From positions 6,697,047-6,761,046 of the forward strand of contig NC_047066.1 in NCBI RefSeq assembly GCF_902459465.1: a stretch of 64,000 nt of DNA. Reading direction: 5' to 3'. The DNA is from Asterias rubens (Eukaryota). The first letter of the stretch is position 1. Every line of letters starts with the position of its first letter. A program made the position numbers and the translations under genes. This document shows positions 20,526 through 34,709 of this stretch, in pieces. The notes below the pieces were generated by a model. The model worked only from the letters and a program-made list of their open reading frames with translations, was not told where the DNA came from and ran no database searches.

Positions 20526-20862
20526 GTAGGTGGCATAATAATAGTGGATTCTTATATTTTGCTCATATCCGTCACTTAGTGTTGCCCAAGGCTTTAACAT
20601 ACAGTACTTTCCAGTGCACTTTAACACTCGGCAGCGACACACCTTTTATAATCCTCTCTCACAAATTTTCATGCAGTGGAAATATTGTCAACATGAAAAG
20701 ACACTATTTTCTAATCCACAACAAAGAGTACTGCTGTACAAATAAAACAATCTTGACGAAAAGAGCTGATAAACAGAACAAATGGAATAATGTTAAAAAA
20801 ATTAATTAAATTCTATGGAATCAGACGAGGGTTTATCTATTTCTTCTTTCTACTCCTTTCAG

Positions 20863-20972
20863 GTTGTGGTACGATGGTGAGTGGTGACGATGAAGGCAAG
20901 ATATGGGTGTATGACACTTCAAAACTACCCATCGCTCCAGTCAAAACACCCACAACTAGAAAACCAACACAT
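20863..20972 (+). CDS. LRWD1: LRWD1 exon 13 (GCGTMVSGDDEGKIWVYDTSKLPIAPVKTPTTRKPTH)
   Basis: Matches human CGDEEGNVWLYDVSNILKQPP. Acceptor ctcctttcag|gt and donor cat|gtaagt. Confidence 0.8.
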
Positions 20973-21842
20973 GTAAGTATCGTCAGGCCTGTTTTTGAAA
21001 GGGCAAGGGCACCAAGGCATTTTCTCCTTGGCAAAGGTAGACTTGATTCAAGTCCCGTTCTCGTGAGAGGGGCCCTAACCATGCCCGCAGTCAAAATGTA
21101 GCTATCGTGTTCCCAAATATGGGACTTGACAAGGTCTTTTCTTACTCTGCATGTTGTTATCGAAAAATATCCCCCAAAAAGTGCTGCTCCTTCGGTAAAA
21201 TATTGATTATACTCTGTGACATCACAGTGCAACACGTCTGGGCACGCGTGCACGCGTCTATAGAAAAGTGACTGACGAAGGGCACCCTATAATTGTACAT
21301 TGTAAATTTCTACCAGAGCATTTGAAGGCCACCAAGGCAATGACTAGGAAGCATGGAGACAATCGCCTTTGTTGCCTCCGTCAAGTGTCAGACCTGTATT
21401 TTTGCACTGTACTTGAGGGGGTTTTGCCGCTATTAATTCCAAGACAGGTAGTCCGGTAACAATTCTCGGATGTCAAATATTTGTTTGATTTCCATCGGAC
21501 TGTATTCCCATGAGAGATATGGTTTTACTCGCTGAAAGGCACACAGTTTTCCGATGCACTAAAGACATGCCCTATGCCATTGTACACCGCAGTTTGACTG
21601 GCTGATTAAATGTAGTGCATGAATACACAATGTGATAAAGGCTACTAACAGTATTGCTTCTCAGAGTCAAAAACTGGGGCAAAAAAAACTATAACCACAT
21701 TACTTTGAAGTGAAATGTTTCTCAAAATGTTTTATACTATCGAGCGCTGCTGTAGGCTTCTAATCAATTTTGTTATTGCCATTAAGTGATTACCAAAGCA
21801 TGCCTTCCCATTAACATATATTTTTGTTCTCTTAACCCATAG

Positions 21843-21995
21843 CTACTTTACTGGCCGGATGAGCAACCCAATGACAGTTCATCGACCTCGTCAAACGACC
21901 ACATCATCATCAACGATGTCGCGATCAGTTCAGATTGTAAATACATTGTATCAGTCACAAACAGAAATGTTATATGCATTTGGAGAAAACTTTAG
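21843..21995 (+). CDS. LRWD1: LRWD1 terminal exon (LLYWPDEQPNDSSSTSSNDHIIINDVAISSDCKYIVSVTNRNVICIWRKL*), stop included
   Basis: The C-terminus matches the human …SNIVAIWGRM ending. Acceptor acccatag|cta. TAG at 21993-21995. Confidence 0.8.
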   Translation, partial: LLYWPDEQPNDSSSTSSNDHIIINDVAISSDCKYIVSVTNRNVICIWRKL

Positions 21996-24639
21996 TCTTT
22001 CATGTTCCCCCGCCCTCCCCCCCCACCCGCTCCCCCAAGTCAAATTAAAAACAACAACAGGAAAAGTCCCAAAATTCCTGTGTATTTTTAAAAACTGTGT
22101 TGTGGATACCTTGTGTTTTTTAAAAGACCTCTTAAAAATTGGTAGAATTTGTAAATTGTTTCTTGGATACTGAAAATGTTGACTTTTTTAAACGATATTT
22201 TTTGTTTTATATTTTAGTTTACCGTCAATTACTCTTGTAAAGTTTTTATTAATTTGTTTGTTTTTATTTTATTTTATTTTTTAAGATACTTACGTAAATC
22301 CTTTTTGTTGTTGTTTCAGACTTTCTGCTGGACTTACATTTCAAATGAATTTTGTAAAGCTTTAACATGCTCCGAACTAAAGTAATAAATTAACTTACAA
22401 AAAAAGAATAATAAATGCGATTTTGAAATTTGGCTGATCAAATATTTAAACAAATTGACACTTGCTTTTTTTTTTACTTTTTTTTTTTTACTTTAAGAAT
22501 GGCATGAATGAAATATAATTTAAACATTCCGGTTTGCAAATAGGAAAATGGCGCTTGATTTGATTACAAAAATATGTGAGAGAATATTGGCTGAAAATGG
22601 TACATTTTCAAAATTTCAGGCTCATATTTAATTGGGTCCTTGGCCCACGGCCCAATTTCATAGTGCTGCTTGAGGACATTAAGTAGCTATGCAAAGCGCA
22701 ATTATGGTTCCCAGAATATGGTTAGCAGCTTAAATACCATGTCACATGTACAATCTGTGACTGGTAGCCTCTTTGTTTATGGTTAGCAGCTTAAATACCA
22801 TGTCACATGTACAATCTGTGACTGGTAGGCTCTTTCCAACCATATGCATTTTATGAAAAACGGTTACAAACGCTTTTTATAGATCAACTCGTCCGATCCA
22901 AGGCAACGTGTTCCTTTGAAATGGGTTATTGTTCTTGGAAAGACAGAGAAGTTTTTTATCTGTCTGTCCATTGTACTTGGATGTCATATTTCCTGTGCTA
23001 CCAATTTGTTTTACTTTTACATCGGTTCAGAGTAGGTTGATTTTGCCACGTGTAAAGATTTGTGATTTGAAAATTTTTTGTGCTTTTTCATGAAATGCAT
23101 ACAGTGGGAAGGCCACTTAAAAACTTGTTTTGTTTCCAAAATATTTTTTTGTTGTTTTTTTTCCTCACTATATTATACCTCAGTGTATTAACGTGTATAT
23201 AGTAAGACATCATGTAATGTGTAGGCGGGTAGTGTAGTGTTGCGTTGAGTCAGTTGTACATAAGGTCAGGGCTTGGTTTGGGTTCGTCAGTGTTCATAAA
23301 CAATTCTGAAATTATCTCAAATCAGCGACTCTTTCTATCACTTGCAAAATTGGTTTTTATAAATGTTCACAAATTTTCTGAAATATCTCGAAGCAGTGAC
23401 TCTTTATATTACAAACCAAAATTATGGAATTGCTAAACTTTTGAGTCTAGTTGTCTTTTGAATTGGGTGAGCAGTAATTTTTTTTTTACAGAATCATGTT
23501 TAAAGCATGGCTGGAGGGATTTTTTGTTGTGTTACCAAAGTCTAAAACTGTTTTTATCCATTGGTCCTTGTTGCCTTGTCAAATATGCAAATACCTTTTT
23601 TGTTAAACTTTGGTGTATGAATCGTTATTTTTCTAGATTTCATGTTATATTGTTTTCAGTAAGTCAGCATCATGCAATTTTCCTCCTACATGTCCATCAT
23701 TTATTCGCTCTATCGTATAAAACCCTTACACCAAAATGTATAATTTATGGTGCACTTAATTGACTACCATGTCAGGTTTAATATAATTAGGTTAATCAAG
23801 ACTGTGAGCATATTATGCAGTTACTTGTAGCATTTGCGAAGTTTTTAAACACGTACATGTTCTGCTCACTTTAGAACAAATTTGTTGGCTGTTTGAATTT
23901 TCTTTGAAAAATACGTTTTCAAAGCAATTAGGGTTAGGTTACCTGTGATTCAACTTTATTAAAGTGGGAAAGAAACTTATATGTACACATTGATAATTAA
24001 AATGAACCTTAATCAAGAATATCACTGAATGTACAAAAATTAAAACCCCAAACCCAAAATATGTAATTGTAATAATTGTAGTTTACCAAGCCAATAAATA
24101 TACAGATGTTTCGTAAAGAACCACATTGAGATGCTGAGGTTTGGTCATTTGTTTACAATGCAATCAACATATGTTTGTTTTTTTGTTTGTTGGGGTGTTT
24201 GGTTGGTTATAAACTGTCACCAGGGGCACATTGTCACCTATTCCTGGGGCTAAAACAGGGTTATTACCTTCAAAGTCCGCAAGAATGTGGACATGGGTAT
24301 CATCATTTAGGAGCCTCACCTTCTATGAAGCAATTATGATTAAAAGCCTTGCTCAAGGGCACAAGTGCCTTGCTCAAGGGCACAAGTGTCTTTGGAGGGA
24401 TTCAAACCCAGTCTGCTGCTGACGAAACCAAATCTTGGGCTCTGTCAAAACTGCTCGACCAGTGGTTGCAACTGATCAGTAATATTGTAAAATGACCCAC
24501 ATTTGGGGTGGCATGGTTGGCTTGTGCATAAAACGCTCGCCTCTCACCAAGGTGCCCCCTGGTTCGATTCCCGGCCAGGGCCATTATGTGAGTTGAGTTG
24601 TGTGTTGGTTCTCTCCTGTGCCTTGAGGGTTTTCAAGAC

Positions 24640-25210
24640 TATCCGGTTTTCCTCCCTTGGGAAAAATCAAACACTTTGGCTATGCTCCGTAGTCATAATG
24701 GGTCGATGTGGCTGGCAGCCAAAGGCGCCCTTGCATGCCTGCTTCTTGTAGCCCCGCCCTTCGCAATTCAGCTCTAGCTGCGAGTAAGGATGATTAGCCA
24801 CCAAATTATTATTTTGTCAAAACAAACACAAGTTAAAATAGTCATAATGGGTCGATGTAGCTGGCAGCCAAAGGCGCCCTTGCATGCCTGCTACTTGTAG
24901 CCCCGCCCTTCGCAATTCAGCTCTAGCTGCGAGTAAGGATGATTAGCCACCAAATTATTATTGTTTTGTCAAAACAAACACAAGTTAAAATAACGCAGAC
25001 TGTCCGGTTTTCCTCCCTTGGGAAAAATCAAACACTTTGGATATGCTCCGTAGTCATAATGGGTCGATGTGGCTGGCAGCCAAAGGCGCCCTTGCATGCC
25101 TGCTTCTTGTAGCCCCGCCCTTCGCAATTCAGCTCTAGCTGCGAGTAAGGATGATTAGCCACCAAATTATTATTGTTTTGTCAAAACAAACACAAGTTAA
25201 AATAACGCAA
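24640..25210. repeat. Tandem array of ~190 bp x ~2.7 (…gtcataatgggtcgatgtggctggcagccaaaggcgcccttgcatgcctgc…gttaaaata), preceded by a tRNA-like SINE head at 24480-24600
   Basis: Direct repeats read from the sequence. ggttcgattcccggccagggcca is a T-arm-like box. Confidence 0.75.
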
Positions 25211-28200
25211 ACTCAAATCACGACCAATTTTAAAATCCTCCACATTCTCATTTTTATTCATCACTTTTAATTTTTTTTTTTTTTCAATCACCATCTCTCA
25301 AAACAAGTATTTGGAAACTCTACATTATTGATGTCATGATTACAATTACAAAAGAAAGTCCAATTATTATCAAACAACCAAAATCCTTCTCCAACAAGAA
25401 ATAAATAAATGTACGTAAAGCCTTAAGACTACTTGGATTCTCTACAGCACTACAAAGACAGTACAAAAAGCATTTTTTAAATTTGTTTTTATCTTAAAAG
25501 ATGAAGTTTTGTAGCCACCTGAAACCCCAAAACCCCCATTCTTCTTGATATACTCTAAAACATCACATATAAACTGATTGTGCTCCAGTGCTTTTTCTCT
25601 CATAATTTGTTCATTATTTTTCTGTTAATTATCTATGACTATGATACAATAATTACAAATAGATTTTTTAACCCCAAACCACCTAAATGCATATTTCTTC
25701 CACAATTTGCAAAGTTTGTTTTAGAAATTCTTAGGCAAATTTACATATTCAAAAAAGAAAACCTGTTGATCGCCAGAGATGTTTTATTATTCTTTTTTTT
25801 TTTATGAAAACAAAATTTAAAATAACCAAAAACAAAACTTGAGTACAGACACAATGTCTACAACTTTAGCACAAATGTTTACGCCTTGAGAAAAATATAC
25901 AAAAATTGCAGCACACAAAAAATCTGGTCATTACTAGTGTACTTAACAATGTCCCTCTCTCTCACTCGCTCATAAAAACAAGAGGAAAAACCCTGGTAAA
26001 TTAAACTTAAATAAAAAAAGAAATCAAACAATAGGGCAATGGATAATTTGCATAAATAAATACAATATGATCGATAGCGGAGAATAACTTCTTCAAAAAC
26101 AATTTAAAAATTGTTTTTTTACTAAAATTACGGAATTGTACACTATGATTGCATTTGATATCTGCTATTATCGTAAAAAATGGTTTTGCAAAATTGGTGG
26201 CCAAATGTTGAAATTTCGTCTCCAGAAATCAAATGGGGAAAATATTTTGAGAGGGTTTTGTGTAATGGTTTTACTGAACGGGAACATTTCAGACACTACA
26301 TGGCAGTTAAAAAATGCAGTGATTCCTTTCTTCCACTCATTAACATCTTATTTCTCTGTCCAATCGATGCATTGTAGTAAAAAACAAAAACAAAGTAGAA
26401 ATTGTTTAACCTTGTTTTAAAAAAATATTAAATATATATCAACAAATCCACGAGAGTTCACCTGTGGTCATGCATGATATGGCATAAAGTGAGCAAAATG
26501 TACAATGAAAAACAGATACAAAATAACAACAAACATAAACATCGGTTGTTCATTGATAACAAAAAGAGTTGTTCGATTAATTTAGCGGTTTCAATTACAA
26601 TAAAAGATGAAATAGTTTATTGTGCATCTTGTAAACCAAATCCAAAGCTTGAGTCGAACCTTTGATTGGACTTTAGAAATAGTTTGCATGGCGACTTGAT
26701 GCCAGCAGTCGCCTTTATCAAATAAAACTGGGTACAATTAATCATAATTTGTTAAGAATACCGCTGGTATTTAGGGAACTCGGAGGGAAACCCTGTTGAA
26801 TCTCTAACAGAAAATTCTTGATTACAAGAACTGGGGTCCATTTCACAAAACTCTTCCTCACTTAGGATCGATCCTGGGCTTTAAGGCAGTGGACACTATT
26901 GGTATTTTACTTAAAATAATTATTAGCATAAAACCTCACTTGGTAACGACTAATGGGGAGAGGTTGATAGTATAAAACATTATGAGAAACGGCTTCCTCT
27001 TAAGTGACGTAGTTTTCGAGCAAGAAGTAATTTTCCACGAATTTGATTTCAAGACCTCAAGTTTAGAATTTGAGGTCTCGAAATCAAGCATCTGAAAGCA
27101 CACAACTTTGTGTGACAAGGGTGTTTTTTTCTTTCATAGTTATCCCGCAACTCCGACGACCAATCGAGCTCAAATTTTCACAGGTTTGTTATTTCATGCA
27201 TATGTTGAGATACACCAAGTGAGAAAAATGGTCTTTGACAATTACCAATAGTGTCCAGTGTCTTTAAGGACAAGTCCAAGCCATAGGTCGATCCTAAGAT
27301 TGTCCTAAAGGACGCGTCCAAAGTTAGGACGAGTTACCCTTATAGACCCTTTTGGAAACCACGGCATCAGCTCCAGATTCGGTTCAGGCTAGCTTGGCGC
27401 TCGCAGTTGTTTTGACAATTGCGCAAGCTTTGCGTACGCGCTCAGGGCTTCAGACCAGAGAACAGAGCCTGAAGCCAAATTCAAAGCCTAAGCCGTGGAT
27501 TCGAAAATTACCATAGTTGAAAGAACAAATATGGAGAGGAGGAGAATCAGATTATAGGCACTGTTTGTTTTAGTTATGTAATGCCATGGGGTTAGGGGTG
27601 GTTCCCAATTGTATTTGCACATTCTGCTCATTAAAAATTGACTTGGAACCAGACTACTTTGTGGCAACGTATTTTTAAAGCTAGGATATCTAGGGTTTAT
27701 TTAATCTACAGTACAAAAAAAAATGGTCCCTCACGGTTCAAAACATTGTCTCAATATTTGCATATTTTCAAGTCTTTTGAAAAAACTAAGTTGATTCTGC
27801 TGACTTTGGGTCATTTTTATTGGAAAAGCTTGGGTTAACTAAGTGGAAAATGTACATTGGAAGGTTTTTGTTGTTTTTTTGTTTTTGTTTTTTAAGCATA
27901 ATTACCCTTTTTTACAATACAATCATTTATTATTATTATTATTTTTTTTTACATCATAATTTAGTTTTGAAAAACACTACCTCACATTCCATCCAAAGAA
28001 TCCATAACGTTTTGGAAAAAGAAACAATTCTCAGTACGCACACACACATTACACGGAATGGATTAAACATAAAAACAAAATTGCCATCATTTCTGTATAA
28101 TAAACACATAATTCAAACTGATTTCCTTTTGTTTGCCGTTCGTATTATGTGTTGAATAAATATTGAAATAAACTACAATCTACATAGATATTTACAAAGA

Positions 28201-30477
28201 TATGATATATTAGTAAGATTTCTATGCTAGTACATCTGACAAAAATTACATTTAAAGAAGAAAATCTGTTTACCTACACGATGTGTGCTACCCAACTATA
28301 AACCGTCATCATATTGTTTGATGGTATTAACTCCATCACCCATTTCCAAATCATGAAACACATTTAGTGGTACTCGAACCCACACCACTCCGCATGCATA
28401 AATTACATGCACTGCATGAAAATTTCCGTCGTAACTTTTTTTTCCACAAATCTAAAACAGTTGATTTGAATTCATATGGGGCTTGGCACATATTGTGTAG
28501 ATAAGAGAATTCCAAAGTGATTTAAGTAGGTTTCTGAAAAAATGTGAGGGATTTTACAGCAAACGGGCAAAATAGTCTGGCCTGTTTTTTTTCTTTCTCT
28601 TAAGGACAATGCAGCATTGATTTCTTCTGGGCCGAACAAACTGAATGGTTTTATCGGCCGACATTCTTCCTCTCCTACACAGCAGCATTGGCAAGGAAGT
28701 ATTCAAAAACTGCAGCAAAAAAGTTTCCCCTTTTTAAAAAATTGCTATGAAAGTGTTCTCCCATCACACAAATGAATCTGGCCTCGCATTCCTACTTGGA
28801 CATTGCATTCCTACTTGGGCACCAAAGAAAACAAAATGGCTGACTGCATTCATATCACCAGAACACTTTTGCATCATCTTTGTTTTCCTCCCTTTCTTTC
28901 CCTCTCTCAAAAGAGATCCAACAAGACAATTCACAACACAACCACAAGCCAAAATACCATGGAAACCCAAAATATATTTCATTACTGGCAGACCGCGCAC
29001 AAAATCTAATGTCCACGAACAACGTTTCCGCCTCGCCCGAAAAAAACCATATACAAAGTTTAAAACTGTACAAATTATTCAAATGTCGGTAAAAACGTTG
29101 ACGTCTGTCTTTAATGCAGAGAAAATCTAAGTATGTCCTCTGTACATTATGGTCTTCATTTGCACGTTTTGTTAAAATTCATAATCACCTTTTTGTTATC
29201 TTAATTATTTTCTTTTTTTCAACGTCTTCACAAATGTCCCAGGAATACCACTGATGTCTTGTCTCAAACAACAATTGAACTTATGAGTCCATGATTGGAA
29301 TAAGAAAAGGCTGTCACAGTGGTAAGGGCATCTTGTCCCCGCCCCCCTCTTCCACCATAATCCATCCACCTTCAAAATAATCCATGCGATCAAGCTGAGG
29401 CTAGACTAGAAAAACAGTCTCCCCTTTTGTCATGTTTTGAGAAACAGTTATTGCTTACAGAGGGAATGAGACAAGACTAACCACAGCCTGATGAAAGTCT
29501 ATGGATTATTTTGAATGCCAATGCGGGACAATACAGTACTTCAGCATGGAAATTAGTAAACCCCCCTCTGGGACCAATGAGCCGGTCTATTCACAACCCT
29601 AGGAAAATTGATAACATAATCGATACATTGTTTATACGGGGGAGTACAAATGAATTGCAACTCCAAATGTGATGAGGAAATTTGTTGAAACACCATGACC
29701 AGAGATGTATTTTTGGAAGCTTTTTACTTGAATATATTTTCAAGGGGCTTCTGCAGTCAGTGCAGCGGATGTAATATTTTCAGCCCTTTTCCACTTTCAT
29801 TGAAAATTACACATACATATTGTATGAACAAACAATAATTTAGCATGCTAAGTACAAGAAGCCCTAATTGCATTAAAAGTCCACTGAAAAATGAAAAGGA
29901 AAAAAAAAGGCGATTGTAGTATAAAAGGCTATCATCACCTTTCATTATCAGACATCGCCCTAGTAAATACGACAAAATCAACTGGTTACAATCCTGTGGT
30001 TGAATTAAGTCCTTAAAAACAATTGCACCGTGAACATTGTATGAAAACAACAAATTTAAACCCCCCAAAAAACTTAACAATGAAGTATTCAACACTGCAT
30101 GAGATATGCCTCGACTCACACTCACACCCCCGTAACAACACAATGGTATCTTCCATGATAAGTGATAATACGCAATAATGGACTTCTCCATTCATTAGAG
30201 GTAGTTATTTGGGGAAAAAATAGCCTGCATATTATTCTTCCAAAAGTTTACGAGTTCTACAGTATCTCCACTGGACACTAAAATCAATTGTAATGACTGA
30301 ACTGGTCACTATGAAAAGAAAGAAAAACCCAAACATCAAAGCTAAAATGTGGATTCATGATGAGCCGCTACTTAGAAGTTTACTCTAAGGATTGTGTTAA
30401 CTAGAAATATAAGACTTCAATGGTTGTTATTCAAACATCACATTTGTATTCCCGTGGTACCTGTTCTGGTGGTTACT

Positions 30478-30860
30478 TAAAGGCAGTGGACACTATTGGT
30501 AATTGTCAAAGACTAGCCTTCACAGTTGGTGTATCTCAACATGTGCATAAAATAACAAACCTGTGAAAATTTGAGCTCAATCGGTCATCGAAGTTGCGAG
30601 ATAATAATGAAAGAAAAACACCCTTGTCACACGAAGTTGTGTGCGTTAGATGGTTGATTTCGAGACCTCAAGTTCTAAATCTGAGGTCTCGAAATCAAAT
30701 TCGTGGGAAATTACTTCTTTCTCAAAAACTATGGCACTTCAGAGGGCGCCGTTTCTCACAATGTTTTATACCATCAACCTCTCCCCATTACTCGTCACCA
30801 AGAAAGGTTTTATGCTAATAATTATTTTGAGTAATTACCAATAGTGTCCACTGCCTTTAA
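30478..30860. mobile_element. MITE family A, full-length copy (~385 bp; TIR aaggcagtggacactattggtaatt; internal hairpin gatttcgagacctcaagttctaaatctgaggtctcgaaatc)
   Basis: Additional full or near-full copies at about 26884-27270 (inverted), 36820-37203, 39988-40386, 43858-44232 (inverted), 46186-46570, 47322-47686, 49706-50070, 54626-55012 and 60057-60440. Truncated or deleted copies at 13705-13870, 38538-38840, 42040-42405, 42405-42485 and 43030-43318. Confidence 0.85.
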
Positions 30861-33800
30861 CATGCATCTAAGACCTTTTGAGAGGGTAACTTTAACATCT
30901 CTTATAGGGTAACTTTAAACGACTGGTGTCATAAAAGCAAACTGGCATAAGAAATAGTACTTCTTCAAACGGAAATCACTGATGGACAATAATTTGAAAG
31001 TCAAAACTGAAAGACTTTTTAAAAAAAACATCAAAAGATTTTCCTTCATAAACTTTCGAGGATCAGAGCTCAATTTCAAAGAGCTGCAGAAAATAATGCC
31101 TACACATTTTCTGCTAAGTAAAAAACAGCATGATACCAGTATAAGATTGTACATGTGACACACTATTTTGTCTGGTAACCCTATCCTGGTAAGAATAATT
31201 TTGTTGTGCTTAGCTAAAAGCAGCTCTATAAAATTGGGCCCGGAATAAGGTACTTTAATGACCCCCTCGCGCGCACAATGGGCATGTACCTCCACACACC
31301 TCCCTATAGACCTTTATCACAGTGTGGCCATCTTGATTTTACTCCATTCCAACTCATTGTAACCAAACTGAGGCTGGACGAAATAATAGTCTGGTGCCAT
31401 GTTTGAGCAATGAATGTTTGCATTCATACTGTTAGGGAAACAGGGAACATGACCAAGATGGTGACAGCGTGATAAATAAAGGTCTATACTAGTAGAACGA
31501 GGTTTAACATACATTACTTGTGCCTTGCCAATTAGTGCTTTTCGATATCTTCCAAGAAAATACTTATGGGTTCAGAAACTAAAGACGCTGGGTGGCCCTC
31601 ATATACATAGAAAGTAAATTCTGCTACGGCAAAGAATTCAGGCAATGGAATTTCCGTCGTAATTCAAGCAATGGGTACTCAAGTGGGGGGTGCTCAGCAC
31701 CAGTAATACTGCAACCACGCATCATCATTATTATTTCTCACATAATTATTTCAACTGAAATTGCCAAAAAAATTATTATTCGGCAGTAAATTTGGACTGA
31801 TTTCAGGTTTAAATTTTGATCATTAGATGTGCAGATAAAAACACAAACTCTTTTTAATTCGGGAATAATAAATTAAAGGCTCAAAACTACATTTAGTTTA
31901 CTCTACAACTTGACGTGCAAAAAACAATTCCCCAAAACTTAGCACCATCTTTGGCAAACGAAAAAAACTGTACAAAACTTCCAATCACGCTTTCCTCTCC
32001 CCCCCCCCCAAAAAAAAGACAATTGACTCTTCTGTAAGCACAAAGCAAGGGAGACTCCACTTTAGAACTGGGGGTGTTACAAAGACACCATTAATGTAAA
32101 ATAAATCCCCTCCAAAGAGCCAACTGCCGTTAAAAAAAAAAAAAACACTGGCAGATTACACAAATACCCTTAACTTGCATACTACAAAATATCTACCACC
32201 TTTTGAAAAAATGTTCTTAACTATACACTATTTGTTGGGATTATTATTATTTATACAACTCAAGCAACTGGGTCCAATTTCCATAGAGATGATACAAATT
32301 GCTAAGCAGATTCACACCATGCTTAGCGTTAACAGAATACCAGCTAGAATCTTATGCAATGCATATCTATTGTGACTGGTTTCCTGCTACCCCTTGGTTT
32401 CATAACCCCCAAAGGAGCTTAAAATACAGGTTTTCGATTGGCTGGATTTCCATAAATCTAATGCAGCTAAGGATCAATGCTTTTACTTGACAACACTCAC
32501 AGCTTTCAGTGTTGAGTTAATTGATCGATTCTGACGGATGCCAGACAGCTGTACACTAAACCAATCAAGAGTTACGAGCAACATCAATCTCTGCCTAAAC
32601 ACCCCTATAACAAACTGGACCCATTTGTTGGTGTACTTATGTTTTAAAATTGCAGCATTGGATATGACGGGTGACGTAATGCATCACGAGTAACGCATCA
32701 CAAGTAACAGGAATCACACAGTATTGCTCGTTACCGTCACACTCATCATCGTAATAAATAGGTTTAGGCTATGCATAGGGCTGGCTCCACTGAGCCTCAC
32801 CGCACCTCTGAGGTCCTCCAAGGACCAAGGGTAGGGTGGAAGGAGGGTCACAGAGGGAGTAGCAGAGGGGGGTATGGGCCCATTGCTCACCACACCCAAT
32901 GGTTACCCATTTGTGACTGGTTTAGTTACTCCCATGGTTGGGGAGTGGGTGGCAATTCCGAGGCACTAGCTACTGACGAGCTGTCAAAACGAAACAAAAC
33001 AAAAAAACAACGTAAATTTTAAAAGGAAGGGCAAGAAAGACAAATAAAAACAATAAGAACAATGTTTTGGTTGATCTTACACCAATGTGTATAAGCCATT
33101 GTATACTCGGTACTGTTTCTTTTAAAGGACTCAAGAAATTACTGAGTATACAGCAAAGATCATAAAGAACCAAAGGTGCAAGATGGGGAACTCTGCATTG
33201 GACGCCATTTCAGTAAGCAATCCCTATGATTAAACAATAGATCAGTGCAGACAATGACCAATTCTCCAAATGAAAAAACAAAACATTTGCTTTGTGAAAT
33301 GGCAACATGCATATATAATTTCACCTTCCAACAATAGATTCAGATTTGTAAGGGCCTGCTTTTGCCCAAAGACTAGCGACCCAAACCATAATGCTAAGAG
33401 GAATGGTCTGCCATTCATGTACTGCTCACAGGCAAACCTTCATGCCACGAGTCTATAAGCCTTTTTGAGGTATGGCGAACACAATGCTACAACACTATAA
33501 GGTTTGGGTAAATTTGTGTGTATACATTGTACACCCAAACCAAACAGTAAACTCCTACCACGTCCGCCGTACCTCAAAAACGCTTATTGCTCATTGCTGG
33601 GCCAGAAAGGCTAAAAACATTGTAGGGGTGCAGGCCTTGAACTTTGCTCTAGAAGGGGCACAGCAATTTTCCTCCAGTACGGGCACTTCTATGGGGAAGA
33701 TGTATAAGTGTATTGGAACCATGCAGAGGGTATAACAGCGAAAGCACAGGCAATAGACCGCTCCAGAAGGCTCCACCCACGACGCACGTGTGAGCAACAA

Positions 33801-34019
33801 CACGTAGGGCTCTCCAATGCCTTTCTGCACAACTCTGCCGCGCGCCAAGATATGCACACGCATGTCGGATCTTATTTGTCGGACCTTCGTTGCGTTTGTG
33901 ATTGGTCAATACGCAATGGGGCGGAGCTTAGTGGATTGGTCTATTGCTGTGGGTGTCAAGGGTTATTTCAAGCCCTGGGTATGAAAGGGGGGGGGCAGGG
34001 CGAGTGCTTGGACCAAGTC

Positions 34020-34117
34020 TCACCTTGCAAAACTCTTGAAGGCAGCAGACTGGGGGTTGATGCAAAGGGGTACGCTATTACCCTGGTGTCGGTCTGTAAT
34101 GAACGTGTGTAATGCCT
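34020..34117 (-). CDS. NLK: NLK putative terminal coding exon (EALHTFITDRHQGNSVPLCINPQSAAFKSFAR*), stop included
   Basis: VPLCINPQSAAFKSF is identical to human NLK. Acceptor tatttgcag|ag. In-frame TGA directly after …KSFAR. The human protein continues about 20 aa further, so an additional small 3' exon is possible; the junction gcaag|gtgaga also reads as a donor. Confidence 0.55.
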
Positions 34118-34709
34118 CTGCAAATACAAGTACCAAACAAAATATTAAGTCAAATTCATCAAATGTGTATTGACGGTCTGGCCTCTGTGGTATGACAGCA
34201 GCAACACATACACGAGTGGTAGCGTTAAAGCTCGGTGTTCAAATTATTTATTTACAATACATTAACAAAATACATTTTTAAAAAAGGGTGTCCAAAAGAC
34301 ACTAAGATGAAATAAGTAAAAAACCAAATGCTGTATGGTGCACACTATTTGAGTGGTTCCCTGGTCTATTTTACTTTGTACTTTATCTGTACAACTTTTA
34401 GCATCTCCTAAAAAAAATCCAAATAGAGTGTAGCAACCTTGCCACTTGTTCCAGCCTGTGAAACCAAACAAACTTCTCACAATACCATTTGCAGCATCTT
34501 TTAACCTGCGACAGTCGCTCAATGCGAAAACTGCATTCAAAACCAACTTTATCGCAAAGACTTAAACCCGGTTCAAACTTTCTGTTGCATCACAAAAGGA
34601 AAAACAGCATATACCAACTATGAACCGGGCTTTATACTACTCCACTGTCTCGTCAACGAATTTGACTTCATCAGGTGTGTGTTTTAACTTTTTGACATTC
34701 CAGCCTCAC

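Noticed and set aside
33640-33909. Acceptor ccccatag|aagtgcccgtactgg… as an additional NLK terminal exon (…SARTGGKLLCPF*)
   Set aside because: No similarity to the human C-terminal peptide STVAQPSEMPPSPLVWE. The in-frame TGA right after …KSFAR is the simpler reading. It is kept only as a caveat.
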